Shown here piece by piece: positions 36,049 to 49,013 of a DNA stretch of 64,000 nucleotides (positions are counted from its first letter, which is position 1; every line of letters begins with the position of its first letter). The notes below the pieces were generated by a model. It did not search any database. It saw nothing but the letters and a program-made list of their open reading frames with translations, and was not told the DNA's origin. The DNA is from Stegostoma tigrinum (Eukaryota), in the NCBI RefSeq assembly GCF_030684315.1, contig NC_081388.1, positions 23,233,015-23,297,014 on the forward strand. Direction: 5' to 3'. A program made the position numbers and the translations under genes.

Positions 36049-36649
36049 AGGTAAAGAAATCTGCTGTCTTTATTTCATCTAGCCTGGAATATCTTACAGG
36101 TAATGCCGCAGAAGACAGCATCACTGTCCCTAGTTATGATCGTCCAACTGGTAAGACATGCAAGCAGGAGTTTCCCTCAGAATCCTCAACACTAACTCTG
36201 GACTCCAGGAAGTCTCATCGCTTCAGATAAAACGTGGGTAAGAAATCCTTCTACTGATTATTACTGTTCCCCTTGTTCAACTGATGAATCAGTACTGCTC
36301 TATTTGAATACAATTGGTCGAAGCACTGAGGGCAGCAAGGGCACACAATGCACTGTGGTGACCAAATTTAGAGTCCATTACCAGGAGTATCTCAGTATCA
36401 CCGCTATTGTTTGAGCTGGCTGAGTTTTAAAGGCCATAATTGCTGGGTTGGTTCTTCAGTAGGTTGTATGGGAACCAAGCAGATACAAAATCATACTTGA
36501 CTTTGTCTCCACCAATTTACCTGTCTCAGATGCACCAGTCAATGACAGTCTCGGTGGAAGTGACTGACACAGAGTCCCTGCGGAGATTCACTCCAATTTT
36601 CACACTGTCACAACTCCGTGAGGTAGTGCACAGGAAATCCGTCCTCATT

Positions 36650-37560
36650 ATACCCAGAATCATTGCAAGTTGCAGCTATCATATTGAAGTTTGGTACAAA
36701 TTTGTAATAAAGCCCACATGTTCCTTAAAATTTCCTAATTCCCCACTCTGTTTTCGGATTGAGGGATTCATTCAGATCCTTCACTTATGCTGTTCCTGGC
36801 AATATTTACCCTGGCTCTATGATATATCCCAAGTAAGTTACCTTTTGCTTTTGTGAATTCAGTTTTGGCCATATTTATTACCAAGCCAGCTGACTACAAT
36901 TGCTTAAAACAGGTCCTCTAACTACCTTACATGATCTTCCCATGTATATCGCAATATTGTCTGATAAACCTGCAGGTACTTCAGCTATGACTTAATGCAA
37001 AAGTCTTTGGAATGTAACTGGGGCCATTTAAAACCCAGATAAGTAACTTTACTAACTGACTTAACAAATTGCTATCGGCCACTGATTGTTGCTTTCAGAG
37101 GTTCATCCTCTTTAAGCATACAAATACCTTTTATCCTGCTTGGAATTATCTAATGTTCTGTTGACAACATGCTTATCTGCCCATTCTTTTCATAATTTCC
37201 TGAGAGGTGTTTAAATGCTGCAGCATAACATTATGTCCTCCTGTAAGATCTGTAGAAACATGGACATATAATCCAACAGTGACCATTCATCTTTTGTCTT
37301 AAGAACTTTTTCCTGATCAATTTTTAATAGGTTATTTTATGGTCATAGATCAGTTCAATTGGATCAAACCCAGATGATTCATTTGACGAATCACTGGTAG
37401 AAAATCTCAAGAAATTTAAACTTTGTCCCATCCTGTGTGTCTTTGTGACAATAAATTTCAATTGTTGTTTCAAGAATTTGAAGATATCTCTCAAAAGCTC
37501 CCTGCGATTGTTTATAATAGGCAACAGATTTCAGTGGAAGCACGGTACCTCATTTTGGTC
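36650..37560 (-). mobile_element. Highly decayed LTR-retroelement integrase remnant
   Basis: NESSGFDPIELIYDH resembles the integrase C-terminal ESTGFSPFELxYGH motif. Confidence 0.45.
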
Positions 37561-38099
37561 TTGGGAACTTTGCACCTTTCTGGATTTAAAATGGAGTTCA
37601 ACGATTTTAAGTGTTTGAGACCACCTCTTTACCCCAACTTCTGCACAACAGGCCTCGTTATCATGCAGGCAGATAACACACACAACTACTAATAGCCCCC
37701 ATTAGGAGGTATTCGATCCCCCAGACTGACTTTTAACCACTTTTGATTCTGTCCAATCGTTTTTCTCTCTCTTTGGTCTCTATCTTCACCTATTGTTTAC
37801 TACTCGGCCTCGTGCCCACTCCATGTCCTGCATTAATGTCAACTTTCTCCTAGCTTTTTCCTATCAGGACTGAAGAAGGGTCCCTGGATCTATAATGTTA
37901 ATTCCGATTTCTCACCACAAATACTGCTAGACCTGCTGAGTTTTCCCAGCAGTTTCTGTTTTTATTTTTGATTACCAGCGACCATACTTCTGTTTTTTTT
38001 TGGTAGACTTCAGCTGTTTTATACCCAATTACCAATGACTGCACTCAGATTCAGTCCTGACTTTCTCATCAAGTCTGAAAAAAAGCATAGTGCCGTTGT

Positions 38100-38990
38100 C
38101 TGCCATATTGACTTCGACATTGCAGAGGCTTGGTGCCAGCTGTTGGACATCTCCATTTATCATACCCTAGGCCACAATCCCAACATCCAGTGTCATACCA
38201 CTGTGTCGACAATTGTGAGTAACCTCATTTTAATCTGGGGATCTCCCCCTAATAGCCTCTAACTCCATACTCTCCAAACTCCCTACACAGACATCTCAAA
38301 TGTTAATGTTGATCTCTCTAACAGCATCTTCTCTGCGGTTGTAATACTGTGTTCTACACACTTTTCTGCTACCCTGATGTACATTGAATGGTACAATCTG
38401 CCTGTACTGCATGAAAAACAACACTTTCCACTGTATCTTAACACATGACAACAATAAATCAAATCAAACCAAATCAAAATGCTGCCTCTTCTTTCTACTT
38501 GCCTGAGCAGGCCCATTGTTTCTGTTTGTTCCTGCCCCACAGAACTTATTTCTTCCTACATCAACTCTTGTTCTCCCATTGTCTAGGCACTCCCCGCCAA
38601 CAACCGTGATTTTCCTGATTCTTTACGTCAGTTTCAGAGTTTCCAGTTTGTGGGCATCAATCTCCTCCTCTTCACCATGGACGTGCAATCCCGTTATATG
38701 TTCATCCCCCATCAGGATATTCTTAGGGTCCTCTACTTCTTCCTGGGAAGAAGACCTGAACAATCCCCATTCACCACCACCACACTCCTCCTCCTGGCTA
38801 AGCTCGTTCTCACTTTCAACAGCTTCTCCTTTAACTCCTATCACTTCCATCATACAAATGAGTATCCACATGGACTCCGGTTATGGCTGTCATTTGTGGG
38901 GTAACATTCCTTGTTCCAATTTACTCAGGTTCCTCCATGTAACTGTTTCTCTGCTATATTGATGACATCATTGGTTCAGTTTTCCTCTGT
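38100..38990 (+). mobile_element. Old degenerate Penelope-like RT fragment (interrupted ~38285-38480)
   Basis: LFTMDVQS..IPHQD..LAKLVLTFNSFSF is homologous to the RT at 54762-55712. Confidence 0.75.
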
Positions 38991-39869
38991 CTTTTTTAGT
39001 ATAATAGTATTCCAGAACTTGTTCAACCTCAGCTTCAGTGTGAAAAGCCTACATTGACCTATGTAATTCTGAATCTGCTTTCTACATTCAAGATTAGGAT
39101 GAGAAAGAATTTCTTTACTCATAAAATTTGAACTTGTGGAATTCTCTCCCATAGGAAGCTGTTGGGGCCAGTTTATTAGATATATTCAACAGGGAACTGG
39201 ACATGGCCCTTGTGGCTAAAGGGATCAAAAGGTATGGAGGGAGGGCAGGAATGAGATATTGAGACATGGCTGACAATTATAAGTTGATCCATAAAACTAA
39301 ATCATGTTTCCCTCAACCACATAAACTTAATGTCCGCAAAGCAGCTAATCACTGCTCCTTAGTCTACTTTCATTAATCAAAATGACAGAAGGGGTTTTTA
39401 ACAGTGCTATCAAACAGGTTTTGCTCAGTGTTAACCTCGCTTCCACTCAATTTAGGCTCCTCTAATGTCACGTAGCTTCTGCTCTCATTACAGTACAACA
39501 ACTAAACTCTTGAGGCGACATGAAATCACTTGACATCAAGGCGGCATTCAATTAAATATGATCTCAAGGAAACCTCATGAAACTGTTGTCAAAAGGAATT
39601 GGGATATCTTTCCATTAGTTGGAGTCTTACTGGACAGGACAGAAGAGGTTGTGTTTGTTGGACGTCAATGATTGTTGTCCAGGATGTCACTAGGTGTCTG
39701 AGGCCCTAAAATTTTGCATTGCTTCAATGACCTTCCTTCCATCATAAAATTATGAATGGGATGTTTATTGATGGTTGCACAATGTTCAGCACCATTTGCA
39801 ACTCCTCACTGAAGCATTCCATGTCCTAATGCAATGAGATTTGGACAAAATCCAGACTTGGGCTGTTGG

Positions 39870-40212
39870 GTTGAGGTTGAGAGGGCGAAGAACATCATGT
39901 TCCTTGGAGTGACGATAACCAAAGACCTGACCTGGACTTCCCACCTAGGTGTGACAGTTAAGAAGGCAAAAAACGCCTCTTCTTCCTCAGGGAGCTCAGG
40001 AAATTTGGCATGCGTGTAAGGTCCCTCACCAACTTCTACAGATGCATCATTGAAAGCATACTGTCCGGGTGCAAAATGGCCTGGTATGACAATTGCTCTG
40101 CCCAGGGCCGTAAAAAAACTACAGAAGATGGTGGCCCAAACCATCACAGAAGGCAACCTCCCATCCATGGACTCCATTTACATGGCTCACTGCCATGGAA
40201 AGGCAGCCAATA
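39870..40212 (+). mobile_element. Rex1/Babar-like LINE fragment nested in an older L2/CR1-group LINE (~39500-40800)
   Basis: FLGVTITKDLTWTSH and LTNFYRCIIESIL..WYDNCSA are characteristic C-terminal motifs. Confidence 0.7.
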
Positions 40213-41639
40213 TCGGGTCAGAGGCTAGAAACTCTGCAGTGAATTACTCAACCCCTGACTGCTCAAAGCCTATCCACTATCAACAAGGCACAGGTCAAAC
40301 ATCTCATCAGATTTTCTTCATTTGCCTGGATGGGTGCAGCTTCAAAAAAACCACTCAGGAAGCATCCAGCAAAAGCAGATAGCTTGATTGAAGGTGGTAT
40401 TTGGGGTGACAACTCCTTAAATTACCAACACACTGTGTCAGTAGCAATATTAACATTCGATGCATTGCAATAACTCACCCTTCCTCCTTTAATAGCATTT
40501 TCCAAACTTATGACATCTACCATCTAGCAACCCAAGGACAACTGATGCAGGTGTGTGGGTTCCCAAAAAGATCCCTCAAGTTACACAACCTCCTCACTTG
40601 TATGTATATCACTGTTCCTTCGCAGGGTAGAAGCCTTGAACTCCCTTCCTTAACAGCACTGTGAGCGTACTTGTACCATGGGCATGAGAGAGTTCGAGAG
40701 GGCAGCTTACTACTACCTTCTCAAGCACAGTTTGGGAAGAATAATAAATGTTGGCTTAGTCAGTGATGCCTTTATCCTGTGAACGATTTTTAAAAAATTA
40801 CTTCCTTACTATCATATGCTTCTTCCAAAATGGAAGAGTTCTGATTGGCCCTTTAATTCTGAAAGTCTACTTGTTGTGCTTAGATGGACAGGGAAATCTC
40901 CATCAGAGTCTTACTGTGTCACTATTTCCCTTTTGGGGGTGTTATTTTCAGGACCCAGAAACCTGTTCCTTCTACCTCTTCCTCCATCACCAGAACCAAA
41001 GCAAAGATTTAGCATGTTTCTGAACATTTATTTGACTCACCCCTAAAGTTCAACAGATGATTCAAACCTAGAGATGATTTGCTGACTAAATTTCTCTCAT
41101 TATTCAATATTTTATTTCTTTGTTTGTGGGATATGGTTACCACTGACAAAGCCAGCATTTATTACCAAATTAGGACTGGGCCATCAAAGATAGCCTAACC
41201 AGGGTTATGGTGCTGCAATCATTGCTGTGTAGGTACATCCAAGCTTTTAGACCAACAACATTGAACATTAATATAATTTTATTTCAGGATGGTGTATAAG
41301 GCTTAGAGCGGACATTGTTGTGGTGATGTTGCCATGGGTCCTCTGTTTAGTTTTTGAGGTGAATTTGGAAGGTGCTGTCAAAGGAACATTGTACCTTGTA
41401 CATGTGCACATTGAAGCTACTGTACCTCAGAGGTGGAGGACAGGCTGATCGCACAGCCTACTTTGTCATAGATGATGTCATATATTATTTTTCAGTGTTG
41501 CTGGATCTTCAACAACAGCTGAAAGAGGCAAGTGGTTAGTATTCCTTCAAAATAATAACTAGTGCATTGTGGTTTTTGGACCCTCTATGGGGAGCCTACA
41601 GGTGAGATACTCTGATCTGCACGTATAACTATATAATAT

Positions 41640-41980
41640 TTTTTCCCTTTATTCATTCTTGGTATGAGGCATTGCTGACCAGGCAGCATTTATTGCCCAG
41701 AAGGTAGTTAAGAGTCAACCACATTGCTGTGGGTCTAGAGTCACATGTTGGCCAGACCAGGTAAGGATGGCAGTTTCTTTCCCTAAAGGACATTAGTGAC
41801 ACAGATGGTTTTTTCCAACAATGGGTTCATGGTCATCATTAGATTCTTAAATCCAGATATTTTAAATGAATTCAAATTCTACCATCTGTCATGGCAGGAT
41901 TCGAACCTGAACCCCAGAATGTCATCTGGGTCTCTCAGTTAACAATCCAGTGATAATACCACTAGGCCAACACCTCCCCT
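41640..41980 (-). mobile_element. Deu-type tRNA-derived SINE (SacSINE1-like); an older split copy lies at ~35010-36090 (+)
   Basis: Close match to 8360-8717. Confidence 0.75.
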
Positions 41981-42499
41981 TTGTCAAATCTGTTATCAAT
42001 CTGTCTCTGTACTGCAGGATGCTAATGGTGCTATCATGTAGAATTGTGATTAGTGAAGGATTGAGCTAATAGCTAATCTTGAAAGGATTTTGCATTAATT
42101 CACAGAACTAGATGTTACCAACATACTTCTCCATCCCCAACAACTATAGTCTCACCCTGTGTCTTGTTTTAGGGATTCAACCAATTCTTGCCAGTTGCTG
42201 CAAACATTGAACATAATTCATAATACATTCAACAGATGATGGGAAATTCAATGTTTGTATTGATGAGTAAGCTTTGCTTGGTCAGGAAGGAGAGATCACA
42301 TCTGAAGTGAGAGAGCCCAAGTGAGTTTATAGTTTGGGGATTTTGGAGGAAGCATGAGAATTTGGTATTAAGAGGAAGAGGTGTTTTTTGTTTGCTTTTT
42401 TGGTTTATAATTTTAAGATTTTATTAAAGAGTAAAAATTGGAGCAGAGGTTTGGATGCCAAGCACAAAGCAAAGTGACATCACTAAGATACATCAGGGA

Positions 42500-45003
42500 G
42501 GGGGAGAGTTACCTGGACACTGTATTTTAGGAGGCTTTCACACACCTTTGACTAACTATCTTGAGTTTGTTTAGTGGTTTAGGACAGGGGATGTACTATG
42601 AGCAAGGCAGGTTAAGGGATCCAGGAGGTAGTGTTGCCTGAGCCTCAGCCCTTGACCTCATTAACAGGTTTGATATTCTTGCTCCTATGTGGATGAGAAC
42701 AGGAGCTATAGGGAAGATGAGCAAGCTGACGAGAGTACCAAGGTACAGGGAGCCATTAAAAAGGGGAGAGTAAAGAGAAATGGGGTTGTAATCAGGGATA
42801 GCATAGTTGGAGGACAGACAGTGTTCTCTGTGGCTTGGATCAAGAGTCCCAAAGGTTTTGCTGCCAGTCTGTTCAGGTTCAAAAAATGTCACCTAGGCTG
42901 CAGAGGAACACAGGAGGGGGAAAGATCCAGTTGTCTTGTGGGATGCAGGTTTCAGTTCAGTTGCACGGAAAATGATAAAGTTAAAGGAGAGGTAGGATTG
43001 CAGGTCAGTAATGAGGTTGATTGTTACCAGAAAATAAAATAAAGTGACAGAATGTGTGAATGTCATACTGTACCAAGGAACCATAAAAGTGTACAAGGTG
43101 ATGAATGGACAACACAAATTGAGGTACATTAATATGATCTCATAGTTGTTATGGATACATGGTTACAAGGAGATCAAAACTAGAAACTTAACATTTAGGG
43201 ATATTTGACCTGTTGGAGAGGAAGATGAAAGGAAACGTTGGTGGAGTAGCACTGCTAATAAGACACTGAATGAGAATAATTGTGGGAGATGAACTCGGCT
43301 CAGGGATGGCATAGAGGTAAAAGAAGGGGAAAAAAGACATTGGTAGGAGTAGCGCACAGACTCCAAAAAGTTGCCCCTCTGTTGTAAAAGCTTTAAGTCA
43401 GAAATTAATTGGAGCATGTAAAAAGAGTAGAACAATAATTATGGATTACTTTATTCTTCATGTTAATTTGGTTAATTGAATTGGAAAAGGAGCTATGACA
43501 ACGAATTGAAAGACTGCATGAGGTATAGTTTGCTGGAGCAGGCTGTCTTGGATCACGTAATGGGTAGTGAGGGAGGTTTAATAAATGATATCTGAGTAAA
43601 AGGTCACTTAGGAAGTAGTGATCGTAACATGATAGAATTTAATACTCAGTTCTAGAGTGAGAAATCTGGGTAAGAAATAAACTATGTTTAACTTAAATAG
43701 GGAACATTATAATGAAATGTCGAGAGAGTTAGCTAAAGTGAACTGGGCAGATAGATTACCAGGAATGACAGTAAGCAAGCAGTGGCAAACATTTAAGGAG
43801 GTAATTCATGACTCTCAGCATAGATGCATCCTAATAGAGATGAAAGATTCTAATAGAGGGATAAACCAACCATGGCTAACCAAGTAAGTTAAGGAGAGCA
43901 GTAAGTTGAAAGGAAAAACATACATGGAGGCCAAATTCAGTGATAGCCTTAAAGACTGGAATAAATTCAGAATCCATCAGAGGAGGACTAAGAAAATAAG
44001 AAGTCAGAGATAACAAACTATGAGGGCAAACTAATGAGAATATGAAAACTTACAATGGGAGATTCTTTAAATATATAACAATGAAGGGACGCTTCAATGT
44101 GGACACAGTATCAGATGCAATAAAGAGGCTAAAAGCAGATAAATACCCTGGCCCTGATGGTTTGCATCCTGGGATCCTAAAAGAAGTCGGTACAGAGGTA
44201 GTAGATGCATTAGTTATAATTTTCAAAAACTCCTTGGATTCTGGAGAAGTGCCAGAGATAGAAAACTGCCAATGTGACACCCCTCTTCAAAACAGGAGGG
44301 AGACAAAGAGCAGCTAATTCTTAGCTGATTAGCGTAACATCTGTTGTAGGAAAAGAATTGGAATCAATTATTAAGGAAGTAACAGCAAAACAATTGGAAA
44401 ATCATAATCTAATCAAGCAAAGTCAACATGGCTTCATGAAAGGGAAATAATATCTGACTAATTTATGAGAGCTTTTTGCCGAAGTCTCAACCAGAGTGGA
44501 TAGAGGAGAACCAGTAAATGTGTAGATTTGCAAACCTAGAAAGCGTTCATCAAGATACCTCACAAAAGATTAAGGCAAAAGATAAGAAACAAAGGTATTG
44601 GAGATAGCATACTGGTATAGATAGAGAATTGACTAATGGGCAGGAAACAACAAGTGGGGATATGGGATTCTTTTTCAGGTTGGCCACCTGTGACCAGTGG
44701 GGTTCCACATGAATTAGTGTTGGGACTGCAACTGTTTACAATATAAATCAATGACTTGAAGGAAGGAAGGAAGCAAAGGTACTGTCGCCAAATTTGCAGA
44801 CGTTACAAAAATGAATGACAAGGCAGTTTGTGAGAGGGATATAAATGATTTACAGAGAGATATTGATATGTTAAGTAAGTTGGCAAATGAGATATAATGT
44901 GGGCAAATGTGAAGTTATTCATTTTGGAAAGGAGTATAAAAAACAGAAAATCACTTTAATGGGGAGCAGCTGCAGAAATCTGCGACACAAGTGCAATAGG
45001 GAA
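42500..45003 (+). mobile_element. Decayed CR1 LINE in the first coding intron
   Basis: ORF1 VVIRDSIV, KYPGPDGLHPGILKE, VGKCEVIHFG. Confidence 0.85.
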
Positions 45004-46200
45004 TCAGAAAGTACAATAGATTGTTGGCATAATTTCAAGGAGGTTAGGGCATTTGATCTCCCAAAATGCATCACTTCTCTGGATTAAATACCATCTGCCA
45101 TTTTTCCACCTAACTTTCCATTTGATCGATGTCCTATTGCCTCCTTTGTATTTTTCCTCATTGTCCACGACTTCATTAAGTTTTATGTCATGTACAAACT
45201 TACTGATCAAACCACTGACATTTTCATCTAAATCATTTATATGTGTTATAATTAACTGAGGTCCTGCCTGCTCTCAATCCTTATGGAACACCACTAGTCA
45301 CAGGCCTCTATAGAAGAATAGCCGTCTAGAAATACTCCCTGCCTTTTGTGGCCAAACCAATTTTGTAACAAACAGCCAATTTTGTATCTAACTGCCGATT
45401 CACCATGGATTCCGTGTGATTTGATTTTCTGAACCAGCATACCATGAGAGACTTTGTAAAACGCTTTTGTAAAGTCGATGTAGCTAACAGCTGCTGCTTT
45501 ATCCTCATCAATAATTTCTGTCACTTCCTCAAAAACTCAATCAAGTTTGTGAGATGTGCATAAAGCCATACTGGCTATGCCTCATAAGCCCATTCTCTTC
45601 CAAATGCAAGTACATCCTGTCCCTAAGCGACTTCTCCAATAATTTCCCTACTGCTAATGTAAAGATCACCAGATTATAATTTACTGAATTATCCCTGTTG
45701 TCCTTCTTAAATAAAGGAGCAGCATTGGCTATTCTCTGGTTTTCTGTGACCTTGCCTGTGGCTAAAGATGAGACAAGGATCTTTCTCAAGGCCCCAGCAA
45801 TGTCCTCCCTTGCCTCCTTCTGTATCCTGGCATAGATACCATCAGGCCCTGGGGACTTACCTACTTTAATGTTTTTCAAGACACCCAGCACCTTTCCTTT
45901 TTAATATTGACATGGCTTATAGTATCAACAAAGCCCGCTGTCCACTTAAGATTATCCAGGTCTTTCTCCTTGGTGAATATTGATATGAAGTACTAACTAA
46001 GGCATCACCCACTTCTGGCTCAATGCATTAATTATCTCCTTTGTCCTTGAGTGGATCTACCCTTTCCCTAGTCACCGTTTTGCTCCTAATATGCATATAA
46101 CATGCCTTGAGGTTCTCCTTAATCCTACTTGCCAAGCATGTTTCATGGCCCTTTCTAGCCCTCCAAATTTCAATTTAAAATTATTTTCTGCTCCTTTATA
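45004..46200 (-). mobile_element. CR1 LINE fragment
   Basis: KSPGPDGIYARI, IDFTKAFYKVSH. Confidence 0.88.
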
Positions 46201-46392
46201 CTGCTCAATAACTCAGCTGTGATCAGGATGAAGCTGCATTTGAGTGTTAATCTGTCTTTCTCCACTCTGAAGCATTGTTCACTTTTAAACCAGTATTAAT
46301 CTACTCTAAATCAGACAGATTCCACTTATCATCATCAATGCTATCCCAAGCCGCTTTATTTTTCTAATGCCAGTTCTAGACTTTTTACTTAC

Positions 46393-46714
46393 TGTATACT
46401 GTGACAGACATTTTCTTCTCCTTCAGCTGAAAATTGTCCAATTTACACATCACAGAACATGCTAGTGTAAAATCCCAATTCTGGACACTTTGGAAATAAT
46501 CATTGTACCAAGTACTGCTATTTGTTCTGGTAGGGTTTACCCCTGGTTTATATTCCACATTCATTGATGGTTTTTGACATGTTGTGCTGCAGTTCATCTC
46601 AATGGAGTCACCAAATTCCACTGCTGGAGGAGTTACATCGATTGAAACTTCAAATCCGGTTACAGTTGCTGCTAAGAAAACAAAGTACAGTAAATACAGA
46701 GACATACGACCCAT
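46393..46714 (-). CDS. ICAM/VCAM-like gene, first coding exon: putative signal peptide + Ig domain 1
   Basis: MGRMSLYLLYFVFLAATVTG|FEV... followed by ICAM-type D1 with CSTTC and CSVMC double-cysteine motifs, ending TVY. Phase-1 donor A|GTAAGT at 46392. The 5' boundary is uncertain (alternative acceptor gives a start at 46671). Confidence 0.85.
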
Positions 46715-47559
46715 TCAAGGCAATGTATTGCATGTAACGCCCTAACATGATAGTACATTTGTAAACTCAGAATTCTTTGACTGCATGCTTTAGGTAGAAG
46801 CAGTCGATCACTTGCTGAAGAGAGGAAGAAGTTGGATAAATATGAGAAGAACCACAACGGAACCAGAGAGAGAAATATGGAAGAGAGACTAGAGAGGAAA
46901 GAAACAGAAGAGGACATTTTTTACTGTAACATTTCACTACATAAAGAGAACAAACTTCAGAGCTGTCTCAATAAGAATGGTTGTCAGAACTATCAGAATG
47001 AATGGTTACCTTTTACCCAGTACTAACTCGATAGATACATGAGCTGCCATAGAGACATGCCCATGTCCAGTGCAAGAAATGCCCTTAAACTTTTTCAACC
47101 CTGGAAATTAACTTTCTAATCCAGGCAACAATTTATTGTTAAGGAACTCCTTTAACATATGTACTTGCTTTGGATCCAGAAGGCCAACACTGCAGGGATT
47201 ATGTTGTTGTACATGCTGCTGAGAAACGTGGATCTCTCAATTTGTCTCCAAGCCCAGACAGTTTCAGATACTGGTGTAACGAAAGACTGTAATGATGGTT
47301 TCCCCATGTTCAAAACAAGTTTGTCTGGTAGTTGATTGATAGTGTGCTGTGTTTTAAACAGCAACGGTTTTATGTTATCTGCAAGTGGCACCCTTTGGTG
47401 TCTCAATATGTGCTATACTGCACCACCCAAAAACAATAAGGACAACTGAATGCATAAACAAAAAAATTGATAGTCTCCTGATAGATCTTTCAACATTAAA
47501 AATGTTAACTTCCAAGGTTTGAAAAGTTTCCAATACATTTCAACATTTTAGAAGGCTCT

Positions 47560-49013
47560 TCAAGTCTTCACATGGTTAGAATTTAAAAACCAAAAAGGAG
47601 TAATTGTATTGCTGGGAGTGTAGTATAGGCCTCCAACAGTCAGACAGAAATAGAAGAGCAGCTATGTAAGCAAATTTCAAAGAAGTGTAGAAGTATTATG
47701 GTAGTGGTGGGGTATTTTGACTTCCTTACACTAACTTGGGTAGACATAGTGTGAAAGATCCAGAGGGAGCAGAATTCTTAAAATGCATTAGGAATTAAGC
47801 CAGCACATAGAAGGTGCTACGAGAGAGAGGGTAGTCCTGGGACATAATTTTAAGAAATGAAGCTGGGCAAGTAGCTGAAGTATCAGTGGAGGAGCACTTT
47901 AGAGCATGGAACATAGAACAATACAGCGCAGAACAGGCCCTTCAGCCCCTGATGTTGTGCCGACCTGTGAACTAGTCTAAGGCCCTCCCCCCCACACTAT
48001 CCCATTATTATCCATATACATTTTGTAGATCATAACTCCCTTTGATACAAGATTGTTATCGAAAAGGACAAGGATGGGCCTGAAATAAAGTTCTTGACTG
48101 CGGGAAGGCTGATTTTAATAAGATCAGACATGACTTAGCTATGGTGGACTGGAAGCATATAGTTTTGTTAAGTTTGTCTCAGAGCAGTCGTATGCATTCA
48201 AGAAGAAAATAGGGAGAGTACATGACCAGTATTTTCCAATAAAGATAAAGTGTAGGACCAACAAATCTAGTGAACCCTGGATATCAAGGGATATGCAGGA
48301 TTGGATTAAGGGGAAAAGGGAGGCTTTTTGTCAATACTGAGGGATCAAAACAGCAGGAGTCCTAGAGGAGTACAGAATGTGCAAGAAGAAATTTTAAAGG
48401 AAATTAGCAGAACAAAGAGAGGGTGTGGCAGGTAAAATAAAGGAAAATCATAAGTTAAAAAAGACCCCGAAAGAACTGTGGATGCTGTAAATCAGGAACA
48501 AAAACAAAATTGCTGGAATAGCTCAGCAGGTCTGGCAGCATCTGTGAAGGAAGAAATAGAGTTAACGTTTCAGGTCCGGTGACCCTTTTTCAGAACTGAT
48601 AAAAGCCACAAGCTATTTTACAAGTACATTAAGGGTAAAAGAATAGCAAGGGAAAGAGCAGGGCCCATTGAGGACCACAGAGGTAAATTGTACGTGGAGT
48701 TGGAGGATATAGGTAGAATTCTGAGTGAATAGTTTGTGTCAGTGTTAATTAGTGAAAGAGACAATGTAATCACCAAGAATGATTGTGAAATAATTTTTAA
48801 AAATCAGCCTGTCCAGTGAGTTCTGCAGGGATCAGTGTTGAGGCTTTGCTGTTTATGGTAAATATAAATGATTTAGACTTAAATGTTGGAGGGTTGATCA
48901 GCAATTTCACAGATGATATGAAAATTAGTTGGTTGTAAATAGAGAGGAAGATAGTGTTAGATTGCAAGAAAAAATAAATAAGCTGGTCAGATGGACTGAC
49001 CAATGGTAAATTG
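47560..49013 (+). mobile_element. Decayed CR1 LINE fragment
   Basis: Endonuclease remnant (YRPP, GxFxFP-like) through RT remnant, with nested short insertions. Confidence 0.8.
48468..48599 (-). mobile_element. Family B hammerhead-bearing terminal fragment (related decayed copies near 6780-6910, 37870-38000, 60299-60361, 62535-62620)
   Basis: Minus strand reads agtt-CTGAAaA-A-GGGTC-accg-GACCT-GAAACGTT-aact, then a shared tail gatgctgccagacctgctgag. Confidence 0.75.

Noticed and set aside
47010-47050. Possible leader exon MAAHVSIELVL with phase-1 donor
   Set aside because: Weak donor (G|GTAAAA) and a poor hydrophobic core. It cannot be supported without transcripts.
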